Below, in pieces: positions 9,770 to 18,504 of a stretch of 62,098 bases of DNA. This DNA is from an uncultured bacterium (lineage in GTDB: Bacteria; Verrucomicrobiota; Kiritimatiellia; PWTM01). Made by a program: the position numbers and the translations under genes. The DNA lies in NCBI GenBank assembly GCA_900661335.1, contig CAACVY010000005.1, positions 1 to 62,098 of the forward strand, read 5' to 3'. Position 1 is the first letter of the stretch. Every line of letters starts with the position of its first letter. The notes beneath the pieces are model-generated. The model worked only from the letters and a program-made list of their open reading frames with translations, did not search any database and was not told where the DNA came from.

Positions 9770-10621
9770 ATGGTGCAACCGTTGGCGACTTCGGAGTTCG
9801 CAGTGCTGGCTTGGCGCCACTGGTACCGCTGGTGTACGGCGTCGCGCTGTACCCCGTCCGAACAGGCGTTCTTGCGCGGATTCATCGCCCGTCGCTGGTA
9901 TCGCTGGGTTCAAAAACTTGGTTGGGATGCGGCAGGAATCCGCCTCCCCTCGGACGAAGAACTTTGGCACCGATTCGAGGCACACTTGCTGGTCGGGTCC
10001 TCCCGCACTCGGCGGGTCTACAAACGGTGGCTGTTTGCGCGGGCCGTGGGGCAAAGCGGGGCGACCTGGCAGGCCACGATCGAGGCAGGTGCGACGCTCA
10101 TTCTCCGTGACGTCGTGCGCCAATGGTACCGGGACGAGCAACCGCGTCGCGATCATGTTTCCCTCGACGCCCCATTGCCTGACTGTCCAAACTTGACCTT
10201 GGCGGACCTGCTGGGCGGCTCGGCGAGCCTCGAGGACGAACTAGACGCGGATCAAGTCGAACGATGGGCTAGGGGCTTTGCCCGGCGCCATTTTGAGCGA
10301 GCCAGCCGGCCGGCACGGGTGGGATTACTATTGCGCGCTCTGAATCGGCCCCTGTACGGTCCGCAAGCAGAACGTATGGCGGGGTGTGGCAAGACCAAGC
10401 TCCACGGCGACTTGCAGAAATTTGTGCGCAGTCTTGCGGCGGACGTCCAGAAAGAATTGGCTTCGGAGAACCACCCAATGGCGTTGCAAGTGGCGATGAG
10501 AGCCCTGGCCTTGGCGAGAGAGATGGCCGTGGACTGGGCCCGCGCGGAAAAATTGGCGCCGATGTTCTTTCTAGTACTGGAAGGGGCCGGCGGAAGGGCC
10601 CGCGGGAGAACGGAACGGTGA
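9770..10621 (+). CDS. Hypothetical protein, divergent sigma70/ECF-like
   Basis: LRDVVRQWYRDE and VSLDAPL...LTLADLL resemble sigma regions 2.4-3; C-terminal helix-turn-helix-like segment; stop overlaps next start (GTGA). Confidence 0.6.
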   Translation: MVQPLATSEFAVLAWRHWYRWCTASRCTPSEQAFLRGFIARRWYRWVQKLGWDAAGIRLPSDEELWHRFEAHLLVGSSRTRRVYKRWLFARAVGQSGATWQATIEAGATLILRDVVRQWYRDEQPRRDHVSLDAPLPDCPNLTLADLLGGSASLEDELDADQVERWARGFARRHFERASRPARVGLLLRALNRPLYGPQAERMAGCGKTKLHGDLQKFVRSLAADVQKELASENHPMALQVAMRALALAREMAVDWARAEKLAPMFFLVLEGAGGRARGRTER

Positions 10622-11349
10622 AGGAACAGTTGGACATGTGGAGCCGGCGGTTGGCCGAATGGCTGGACGAATGGAGGCTGTATCGGGCTCTAGGCGCTGA
10701 GGATGATGAAACCGGACGCCGGGAAGTACCGGTACCGCGCACGGTGCGCATCCGGACTTTGCGCGTACGAGACATCGTTCTCTTGGATCCTAGGATCGCC
10801 CCCTCAGGGGCGCGAGCGCTGTTTCTAGTAATTCTGGACTCTCGCGAGTGTGAAGTTCATGCGGCTCCGTTTGGTCCGCTGAGTTTGCCCGGGCTCAGCG
10901 GCGAACTTGCATTGCCAGAACGACCCGTGCCATTGCGCGTACTGTGCCTCTGGAATGCGCGATGGCTGGATGCAGCGCGGGTGGGCCAGGGTTGGAAATG
11001 CGGGCGTCTTTCCGCTGTAGAATACCGAGGGGCGCGGACGGTGTGGGAGGCATGGCATGAAGGACGCTTGCCGCCAAAGCCGTGGATTGAGCTTGTCGGC
11101 CCCCCCTTGATCCATCCGGACGATCCCCGACGTGAGTACGAACAGGCCGAAGCCGACCTGATGGATACGGTAGCGACAAGTGAAAGACTGCACAGCACCT
11201 GTGCGGAAACTTCTCTTCCCTACCAAATTGCCCCAAGCATGAGTCTTCTCGCCGCGGAAGGGAAGCGAAGTTCTCAGCCACGCGACTTGGAGCCCGCGCC
11301 GCCCATGACCCAACGCAGGGTGCGTTATCGGATACGGAAACGCAAGTAA
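10618..11349 (+). CDS. Hypothetical protein coupled to the sigma-like gene
   Basis: GTG 10618 overlaps the upstream TGA; 243-codon ORF with RVLCLWNA and GPPLIHPDDPRREY motifs. Confidence 0.7.
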   Translation: MKEQLDMWSRRLAEWLDEWRLYRALGAEDDETGRREVPVPRTVRIRTLRVRDIVLLDPRIAPSGARALFLVILDSRECEVHAAPFGPLSLPGLSGELALPERPVPLRVLCLWNARWLDAARVGQGWKCGRLSAVEYRGARTVWEAWHEGRLPPKPWIELVGPPLIHPDDPRREYEQAEADLMDTVATSERLHSTCAETSLPYQIAPSMSLLAAEGKRSSQPRDLEPAPPMTQRRVRYRIRKRK

Positions 11350-11872
11350 ACCGGCGGAGTAGGCTCCGGATTCCCCGTGGTGAAATTTTGCTGAATCCTG
11401 GTTTGAGGCTGAAGACAGGCCAATAAGAGGATTCGGGGGAAGGATAGGCCACAGGGAGTTTGATGGGTCCAGGAAGTTCAGTTACAGCTGGCGAGCACGT
11501 TTCCTCGATATCAAGCGGTCTTAGCAACGGATTTTTATGGTCGGGTGGAGATCAACATCGTAGCTGGGCGGGCGCTGCTTGTCATTCGGGTGGACCGTGG
11601 GTTTGGTTTCTTCTCGAAACCCGGGATCGCGGAACTGTTCGATGCGCGTTGAGCCGTGAAGCGTAATCGAAAGTCGGTGGCGGTTTTCGGTGAGGAGATG
11701 GATTTTTTCGTGCGGGTGGAAGGCAGTGTGTTATTGTTTCCGGCGATCGCGGATTATAGGCGCCGTGAATAGATCGAGCATTCGAGCATTGGATCAGCAC
11801 TGCGGACGGTTTGCGAAGCGGTGTGGCTGGGTCTAGAGGTCCTCAGCGCGGACGCCCATGGGACAAGTGTAG

Positions 11873-12136
11873 GCAAGAGGGCTCGCATCAAACGACTACA
11901 ATCCCTACGAGCGCCTCATCCGCGAGACCAGGCCGACAATCCCGTCGTGCCCTTTCCGCTACTGAATGAAGTACCGCGATGTGGGTCTTGAGATCTTCTG
12001 CTACGGCTACCGCTGGTACGACGCGGCGTCGCTGAAGTGGCTCACGCCCGACCCCATCGGCGGGCGTGGCGGCGCTCCAAACCATCCCTGGCTTGTCAAA
12101 CGGCTAGAGTTTAGTTCGTCCCCTCAAGCCCGGTAG
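11873..12136 (+). pseudogene. RHS repeat-associated core fragment
   Basis: Frame +2 reads NDYNPYERLIRET..CPFRY*MKYRDVGLEIFCYGYRWYDAASLKWLTPDPIG; in-frame TGA at 11963-11965; no start or upstream RHS repeats. Confidence 0.8.
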
Positions 12137-12936
12137 CCCTTTTAGAGTCTGCGCGTAAATACCACTGCCCCTTTGTCTAAGAACCCGGAAGTGCGACACA
12201 GGTCAACGGAACTTGAGTATTCAGTGGTGGATGCCTTGGAGTGGGAAAGGTGTATCGTCGTGCTGGTTTGGCCCCGACGCATACGGTGAAAACTCTGCCA
12301 GTTTCTGCGCACGTCGCCCTGCGACCGACAGGAAAATGCTCATGGACTCCTGAATTGCGTACGACCACAAGCATCGACCGGTCCTCTGATGTTCTTTCAC
12401 CAACGCCGCGCGTCGTCGTTTTCGTCGGTTCAGTCGAATGCCAACTTGAGCTGGCGACGGCTTAAATCAAAGCTTGCCGGTTTGACATGTGAACTGCGGG
12501 TGTCTCACGAACCGGCGTTAGAAATTAGGAGGGCGAGGGGTCCGGATTAGGCGGGGCGCTGAAAAGGGACGGTTCCCACATAGTTCAGAGTGTCGAACTC
12601 GGGAATCGTCAGCACAGTGCTTTTGCTAGCGGCCAGGACGGTTCGTACTGCGCTACCCTTGTCCGAATCCTCCGAATTTCTTCTTGTCTAGAGAGACGGA
12701 CAGGGCCCGACCCAGGTTGGGTTTCGGTGTGCTGTGATGCGTGAAGTCCCTCCGTATCGCTCACTGGCTCGGCAGTTGAGCGGTACGTTTGGTCGCCCGC
12801 CATTTTACCTGGGCTCGCGATACTAAACGGATCCTGTTCAGATCCCCAAGTTGCACGTGTGGGCCGGATCTCTTTTTTTCGCGAAACCGCTCGCAGGCAC
12901 GCGCAGAAAGGCCGGCGGTTCCCTTTTTTCACTTGC

Positions 12937-12965
12937 TTGACAGGGTTGGGGCTTGTGAGTATTCT
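12937..12965 (+). promoter_or_regulatory. sigma70 promoter of the dksA-lspA-miaA-hflX-radC-lpxA operon
   Basis: TTGACA-N17-TATTCT. Confidence 0.65.
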
Positions 12966-13012
12966 TTGACGCCTTGCTAGACGAGGAACGATGCATGGGC
13001 GGAGAACGTGCT

Positions 13013-13744
13013 ATGGCGAAGAAACGCGCGAAAAAAACGAGCAAGAAGTCCACCCGACCCCCGGCGAGCTCTTCGAAGGCGAGACGGGCTGTAGCCAAGA
13101 AGAGCAGGGGCGCCAAGAAGCGCACTGCGGTCCCGACGGTTCGCAAGGCCGCGAAAGTGTCGCGCAAAGTACGACCAGTCCAACGGGTTCATAAAGGGGC
13201 ATCCCAGGCCGAGACGGGGAAGGTCGTTTCCACACCGGCTCCAGCGCCGGCGGCCACGCTCCAGCCCAGTGCGGGCGGCGCGACCAAGCCACGGACCCAC
13301 TTGAGTGCCAAGGACCTGGAACACTTCAAAAAGAAACTCTTAGCCTTGCGTGACCGTGCGTTGGAGCACATATCTTTCTTGGCTGGGGACAACCTGAACC
13401 AATCGCAAAAGGAAGCGTCCGGCGACTTGTCAAGCTACGGGTTCCATATGGCGGACCAAGGGACGGACAATTTTGACCGGGAGTTTTCCCTCGCGCTGGC
13501 GAGTAATGGGCAGGATGTCCTGTATGAAATCAACGAGGCGCTTCAGCGGATCGAAAACGGGACCTACGGGATTTGCGAGTTGACGGGGCGGCCCATCGAA
13601 CGTGCCCGTCTGGAGGCGATCCCATACACGCGCTACTGTCGGGAAGCCCAGGAGCAGTTGGAGAAGCGGCAAAAGCGGTTTCGTTCCTTTGCGCCCACGC
13701 CGATTCCGTCCGATATTGCTCCGATTGGTACGCCGGAGGATTAG
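13013..13744 (+). CDS. dksA: TraR/DksA family transcription factor with Lys-rich N-terminal extension
   Basis: HMADQGTDNFDRE coiled-coil tip; ALQRIENGTYGICELTGRPIERARLEAIPYTRYC. Confidence 0.88.
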   Translation: MAKKRAKKTSKKSTRPPASSSKARRAVAKKSRGAKKRTAVPTVRKAAKVSRKVRPVQRVHKGASQAETGKVVSTPAPAPAATLQPSAGGATKPRTHLSAKDLEHFKKKLLALRDRALEHISFLAGDNLNQSQKEASGDLSSYGFHMADQGTDNFDREFSLALASNGQDVLYEINEALQRIENGTYGICELTGRPIERARLEAIPYTRYCREAQEQLEKRQKRFRSFAPTPIPSDIAPIGTPED

Positions 13745-13759
13745 CGAGGCCACGGCTAC

Positions 13760-14254
13760 ATGGGGGCCGCACTCACTGCACTGGTGGTTTTGGTGCTCGA
13801 CCAGGTCACGAAGGACTGGGTGCGGCAGGCGTTTGCGTTGCACGAGTACCGACCAGTGTTGGGCCGGTATCTCGGCCTCACCTATGTACGCAACACCGGT
13901 GCAGCCTGCGGTATTCTACACGGTGCCAATGCCTGGCTGGCGGTGTTCTCGCTGATCACGCTGATCGTCTTATCGGTTTTTCATCGTCGGTGGTGGCCAG
14001 ATTTGCCCTTACATCGCATCGGCTTGGGCATGTTGTGCGGGGGGATCGCTGGCAACTTGGTGGACCGCGTGCGGTTGGGCTACGTGACAGACTTCATCAG
14101 TCTCCACTTCGGTTCGTATGAGTTTCCGGCCTTCAACGTAGCCGACATGGCGATCACATTGAGCGTGGCGCTCTACTTGTGGGTCTCCTTGGGGACGGAG
14201 GCCCGGGCCAGCGCCGAGCGCGGGGTGGAGGGTCCTGCAGCGGATGGGCATTGA
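13760..14254 (+). CDS. lspA: Lipoprotein signal peptidase II
   Basis: LDQVTK, RNTGAA, GGIAGNLVDR, VTDFI, FNVADMAI. Confidence 0.95.
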   Translation: MGAALTALVVLVLDQVTKDWVRQAFALHEYRPVLGRYLGLTYVRNTGAACGILHGANAWLAVFSLITLIVLSVFHRRWWPDLPLHRIGLGMLCGGIAGNLVDRVRLGYVTDFISLHFGSYEFPAFNVADMAITLSVALYLWVSLGTEARASAERGVEGPAADGH

Positions 14255-15188
14255 TTCCGCGCGCGCTCGCGTCCGGATCGTTCCACTGGTAGGGCCCACG
14301 GCGGTGGGCAAGACTGACATCGCGCATCTCCTCGCCGAGCGCACCGGGTGGCCAATTCTTTCCGTGGATGCCATGCTCGTGTACCGCGGCATGGACATCG
14401 GAACGACCAAGCCAGACCGTACGATGCGTGAGCGATACCGCTACGCGGGGGTGGACTTAGTGGATCCCGATCAGACTTGCCATGTCGCCCGATACCTGGA
14501 GCTCGTACGGCCCGCATTGGCGGCGTCGGAGACACCGTGGATCGCGGTCGGGGGAACGGGTCTGTATTTTCGCTGTCTACTCGAGGGGTTGGCGCCGCGC
14601 CCGCCGCCGTTGCCGGACCTTCGAGAAGAAGCCGAGCACATCTGGCGCACTCAGGGAGTGGAAGCGGTACAAGAGTGGGTTCGGCGGACCGCGCCACTGG
14701 CGTGGGAACTTTGTCGCGAGCGTGATAACCCGCGGCGCTTGATTCGGTGGGTGGAGGCAGTGCTCCAGGGAATGAACGTGCCGGAACGAACGTGGTCGGA
14801 TTCCCCGCCACCGCTCGTGGGGCTACGACGAAGCCGAGAAGAGCTTCGGGCGCGGATCGCGGCGCGCGCTCGGCACATGTTCGCTCAGGGCCTATTGGAC
14901 GAAGTGCGGGACTTGCGTCGTCGTTGGCCGGTGTGGTCTCCTACGGCGTCGCAGGCCATCGGCTACCGCGAGGCCTGGGCTGCGCTCGACGGGCGCATGT
15001 CAGTGGACGAGGCGCTGCACGAAACCATCCGCCGCACTGTCAATCTGGCGCGTCGGCAGTTGACGTGGTTCCGCCACCAAGCTTGCGTGGAATGGGTCGA
15101 AGTCTCCGCTTCTTCTGATCCGAACGCCGTGGCCGATGCTGTGCAACGATGGTGGGACCGCTATGGACCGTACACTGTGGACGTCTGA
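14244..15188 (+). CDS. miaA: tRNA dimethylallyltransferase
   Basis: GPTAVGKT, SVDAMLVYRGMDIGT, VGGTGLY, QAIGYRE, LARRQLTWFR. Confidence 0.95.
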   Translation: MGIDSARARVRIVPLVGPTAVGKTDIAHLLAERTGWPILSVDAMLVYRGMDIGTTKPDRTMRERYRYAGVDLVDPDQTCHVARYLELVRPALAASETPWIAVGGTGLYFRCLLEGLAPRPPPLPDLREEAEHIWRTQGVEAVQEWVRRTAPLAWELCRERDNPRRLIRWVEAVLQGMNVPERTWSDSPPPLVGLRRSREELRARIAARARHMFAQGLLDEVRDLRRRWPVWSPTASQAIGYREAWAALDGRMSVDEALHETIRRTVNLARRQLTWFRHQACVEWVEVSASSDPNAVADAVQRWWDRYGPYTVDV

Positions 15189-16461
15189 GCCGCGGCGCGA
15201 AGTAGCCATGCTGATTGGAGTCCGACGTCCGGGACAGCCGGAGTGGGAGGTTCAGGATACGCTGGACGAGCTGGCCGAGCTGGCCGATACCGCGGGCGTC
15301 GCGCAGACCTATCGAACGATTGTGCGCTTGCGAGAGCCGGACGCAGCGACTTGGGTGGGAAAGGGCAAGATCGTCCAGATTGCAGAGGAGACCTGCGCGC
15401 TGGGGGCGACGCTGTTGATTTTCGACGACGATCTCACTCCGGCTCAGGCGCGGAACATCGAAGCCATCACGCACCTGCGTGTGGTGGACCGCACCCAGTT
15501 GATCCTCGACATCTTCGCGCAGCGCGCTCGGAGCAGCGAAGGGCGGCTGCAAATCGAGTTGGCTCAGCTGGAATATCTTCGGCCTCGCTTGCGGCACCGT
15601 GGAGGGGAGTTGGAACAACAGCGCGGCGGCATCGGGTTGCGCGGGCCGGGCGAAACGCAATTGGAATTGGATCGGCGCCGGATCGATCGCCGCATCGCTC
15701 GCATCCGAGAAGAACTCGAACGGGTGCGACAGCGCCGCAGCGAGTTGCGGCGGGGTCGTCGACGGCACGGCTGGGCGCTGGTGTGTTTGGTGGGGTACAC
15801 CAACGCGGGGAAGTCCTCTTTGCTGAATGCGCTCTGCGGAGCGTCGGTGTACGCGGACGACCGCCTGTTCGCCACGCTCGATCCCACTACCCGTCGGTTG
15901 GAACTTCCCAACCATCAGCCGGCGCTGTTGACTGACACGGTCGGATTCATCCGCAAGCTGCCCCATCGGTTGGTGGAGGCGTTCCACGCCACGCTGGAAG
16001 AAGTGGTGCGGGCGGATCTTTTGCTTCATGTAGTCGACGCCGGCCACCCGCGCGCGGAGGACCGGATGGCGGCGGTGGCCGCCGTGCTTAAGGAGATCGG
16101 TGCGGACACATGTCCCCAGATCGTAGTTTTCAACAAGCTCGACATGCCGGGGGCACCGGAGCGCGCTCGGGGCTTGGGTAGGTTGGTCGCGCGCTGGGTG
16201 GGTGTATCCGCGCGGACGGGGCAAGGACTGGACGAGTTGAGGGCCGAGGTGGCGGACATGTTGCGCGAACGGGGGCGATGGTTTCGGGCGCGTGTGCCAG
16301 TTTCGGACGGTCGGACGCTGGCGTTGATTCACGAGGTGGCTGCGATACAATCCGAGCGTGTGGATGGTTCCGACATGATTGTGGAAGGCCGGATTCCACC
16401 CGGGTGGTGGGGCGCGGTGGTCCCGTACCTGATCGGGGAGGGAGAGGCCAGCCATGAGTGA
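15163..16461 (+). CDS. hflX: GTPase HflX
   Basis: DRTQLILDIFAQRA, GPGETQLELDRR, GYTNAGKS, FATLDPT, DTVGF, NKLD. Confidence 0.96.
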   Translation: MDRTLWTSEPRREVAMLIGVRRPGQPEWEVQDTLDELAELADTAGVAQTYRTIVRLREPDAATWVGKGKIVQIAEETCALGATLLIFDDDLTPAQARNIEAITHLRVVDRTQLILDIFAQRARSSEGRLQIELAQLEYLRPRLRHRGGELEQQRGGIGLRGPGETQLELDRRRIDRRIARIREELERVRQRRSELRRGRRRHGWALVCLVGYTNAGKSSLLNALCGASVYADDRLFATLDPTTRRLELPNHQPALLTDTVGFIRKLPHRLVEAFHATLEEVVRADLLLHVVDAGHPRAEDRMAAVAAVLKEIGADTCPQIVVFNKLDMPGAPERARGLGRLVARWVGVSARTGQGLDELRAEVADMLRERGRWFRARVPVSDGRTLALIHEVAAIQSERVDGSDMIVEGRIPPGWWGAVVPYLIGEGEASHE

Positions 16462-17206
16462 CTCGCCGACGTACTACCCGGCGCGCCGGATCAAGGACTT
16501 GCCCACCGACCTGCAGCCGCGCGAGATGTTGGAGCGCTTTGGCGCCGCGAACGTTCCCGACGCCGTGCTGCTTGCGGTGTTGCTGCGCACGGGGATGAAA
16601 GGCAAGAACGTGCTGGACGTGGCCACCGACCTACTCCGCCGATACCGTTCGCTGAGTGAGCTGAGCCGCGCCACGCTTGAAGAGCTTTCAGCGATCAAGA
16701 GCGTGAAACGGGTCAAGGCATTGACGTTGTTGGCCGCCTTCGAGCTCGGACGGCGTGTAAGGGATGAACAGCTTCAGGAACGCCCCGTCATCCGCCATCC
16801 GGGCGATGTGGATCGCGTTGTGCGCCCGTTGGCGGAACGCATGTCTGTCGAAGTGTTTTGGATGCTCCCGTTGAACAAAAAGAACCGTATGATTACTCGC
16901 CAGCCGGTCGAAATCAGCCGCGGGATCTTGGACGCGAGCTTGGTCCATCCTCGCGAGGTGTTTTCGGCGGCCTTGCGCGCGGGGAGTGCGGCGGTGGTGC
17001 TGTGCCACAACCATCCGTCGGGAGACCCGACACCCTCGCCCGAGGATGTGACCATCACGCGCAGGTTGATCGAGGCAGGTCGGACGATGGATATCGAGGT
17101 GCTCGATCATGTGATCGTCGGCCGCGCCGTAGGATCTGGCGACCCATGCTATTACAGCTTGCGGGAGTCGGGGCTGGTGGACTTTTCGGGGAAGGTATCA
17201 CGATGA
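16454..17206 (+). CDS. radC: RadC family JAB-domain protein
   Basis: QPREMLERFG, VHPREVF, HNHPSGDPTPSPED, VLDHVIVG. Confidence 0.95.
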   Translation: MSDSPTYYPARRIKDLPTDLQPREMLERFGAANVPDAVLLAVLLRTGMKGKNVLDVATDLLRRYRSLSELSRATLEELSAIKSVKRVKALTLLAAFELGRRVRDEQLQERPVIRHPGDVDRVVRPLAERMSVEVFWMLPLNKKNRMITRQPVEISRGILDASLVHPREVFSAALRAGSAAVVLCHNHPSGDPTPSPEDVTITRRLIEAGRTMDIEVLDHVIVGRAVGSGDPCYYSLRESGLVDFSGKVSR

Positions 17207-18072
17207 ACATTCATCCGACTGCCATCGTGGATTCCTCCGCACGGTTGGGGCCCGACGTCGTGATCGGGCCGTATGCGGTGGTGGGGGCCGATGTGGAGAT
17301 CGGAGCGCGCACGCGGATCGGGCCGCATGCGGTCGTATTGGATCACGTGCGGGTGGGCGAGGACTGCGACATTCATGCCCACGCGGTCCTCGGCGATGTG
17401 CCACAGGATTTGAAGTTTCGCGGCGTGATCAGCTACGTGGTCATTGGCCCTGGATGCGTGATCCGCGAGGGGGTGACGATTCACCGAGGCACTCACGAGG
17501 GATCGGCGACAGTGATCGGCGCGCGCTGCTATTTGATGGCCAACTCGCATGTGGCCCACAACTGCCGGCTCGGCGACCGAGTGATCATGGCCAACGGCGC
17601 GTTGTTGGCCGGGGATGTCCAAGTTGGAGATGGTGCAATCATTAGCGGGAACGCAGTCGTTCACCAGTTCACGCGAATCGGGTCGTTGGCCATGTTGTCC
17701 GGTGGCGCAGCGGTGGGCCAAGATGTGTTGCCTTTTTGCACTGTGGCGGCTGCCGAGCGGAATCGCGTGGGGGGGGTGAACATCATTGGCATGCGTCGCG
17801 CAGGGTTCACCGCGGAACAGCGGCGCCAAGTTCGCCGGGCGTTCGAGATCGTGTTCCGCAGCGGCCTGTCGTTGCGCGAGGCCGTGGAGCGGTTGCGAGC
17901 CGAATTTCCTGATGGTCCTGCGGCGACTTGGGCTCCCTTCATCGAGGGGTCCCGCCGCGGAATTTGTCGGTGGCGTCCACGCCGCGGACGACGGGCCACA
18001 CAAGACTCCGAAGAGCTCGAGGACGAGCCGGCAAGGAACATGCAAAGTGGATACCAAGGATCACCACGATGA
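17203..18072 (+). CDS. lpxA: Acyl-ACP--UDP-N-acetylglucosamine O-acyltransferase
   Basis: IHPTAIVD, hexapeptide repeats, PQDLKF, IREGVTIHRGT, NSHVAHNC, VHQF; start overlaps the radC stop. Confidence 0.95.
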   Translation: MNIHPTAIVDSSARLGPDVVIGPYAVVGADVEIGARTRIGPHAVVLDHVRVGEDCDIHAHAVLGDVPQDLKFRGVISYVVIGPGCVIREGVTIHRGTHEGSATVIGARCYLMANSHVAHNCRLGDRVIMANGALLAGDVQVGDGAIISGNAVVHQFTRIGSLAMLSGGAAVGQDVLPFCTVAAAERNRVGGVNIIGMRRAGFTAEQRRQVRRAFEIVFRSGLSLREAVERLRAEFPDGPAATWAPFIEGSRRGICRWRPRRGRRATQDSEELEDEPARNMQSGYQGSPR

Positions 18073-18434
18073 ACCACACGGGGAACATTGGGACGGAACC
18101 GAAGTCGGCTATGCGCCGGTCATGGTCTGATGGGCTGACGGCCGCAGCCGGCGTTCTCTTTCTTCTTCTTCTGATGCTGCTACCGCTTGTCGGCCCGGCG
18201 GCCAGCCGAGGGTCCGGTTCGCCCGGTGCGACGCGCGCACCGCACTACGCCAAGAACGTGGTCGCGTTTCTGAGTGTGTGGCTCTTGACGCTCCTGGCGA
18301 CCGCGGCGGCCCTTGGAGCTCGGCGTCGCGTCCTGCAGCAGAGCTCCGACCGCTGGTCAAGGTTCCTTTGGGCGGAAGTGGTTGTGTTGCTAGGAATTTT
18401 GGTAGCGTTTCTCACCGGGGCGCTCGCGATTTGA
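18069..18434 (+). CDS. Small hypothetical membrane protein (about 3 TM segments)
   Basis: ATG overlaps the lpxA stop; three hydrophobic stretches. Confidence 0.6.
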   Translation: MNHTGNIGTEPKSAMRRSWSDGLTAAAGVLFLLLLMLLPLVGPAASRGSGSPGATRAPHYAKNVVAFLSVWLLTLLATAAALGARRRVLQQSSDRWSRFLWAEVVVLLGILVAFLTGALAI

Positions 18435-18504
18435 GCGTCTCCCGACACCGCCGGCGAGTCGGGAGGGGCCGCTCGCCGTGGTCACCCCAACCCCGCTCGG
18501 AAGG

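Noticed and set aside
11350-11870. Protein-like frame WVQEVQLQLASTFPRYQAVLATDFYGRVEINI...ELFDAR
   Set aside because: It has no start codon after the preceding stop and no family resemblance; it may be another relic but cannot be supported.
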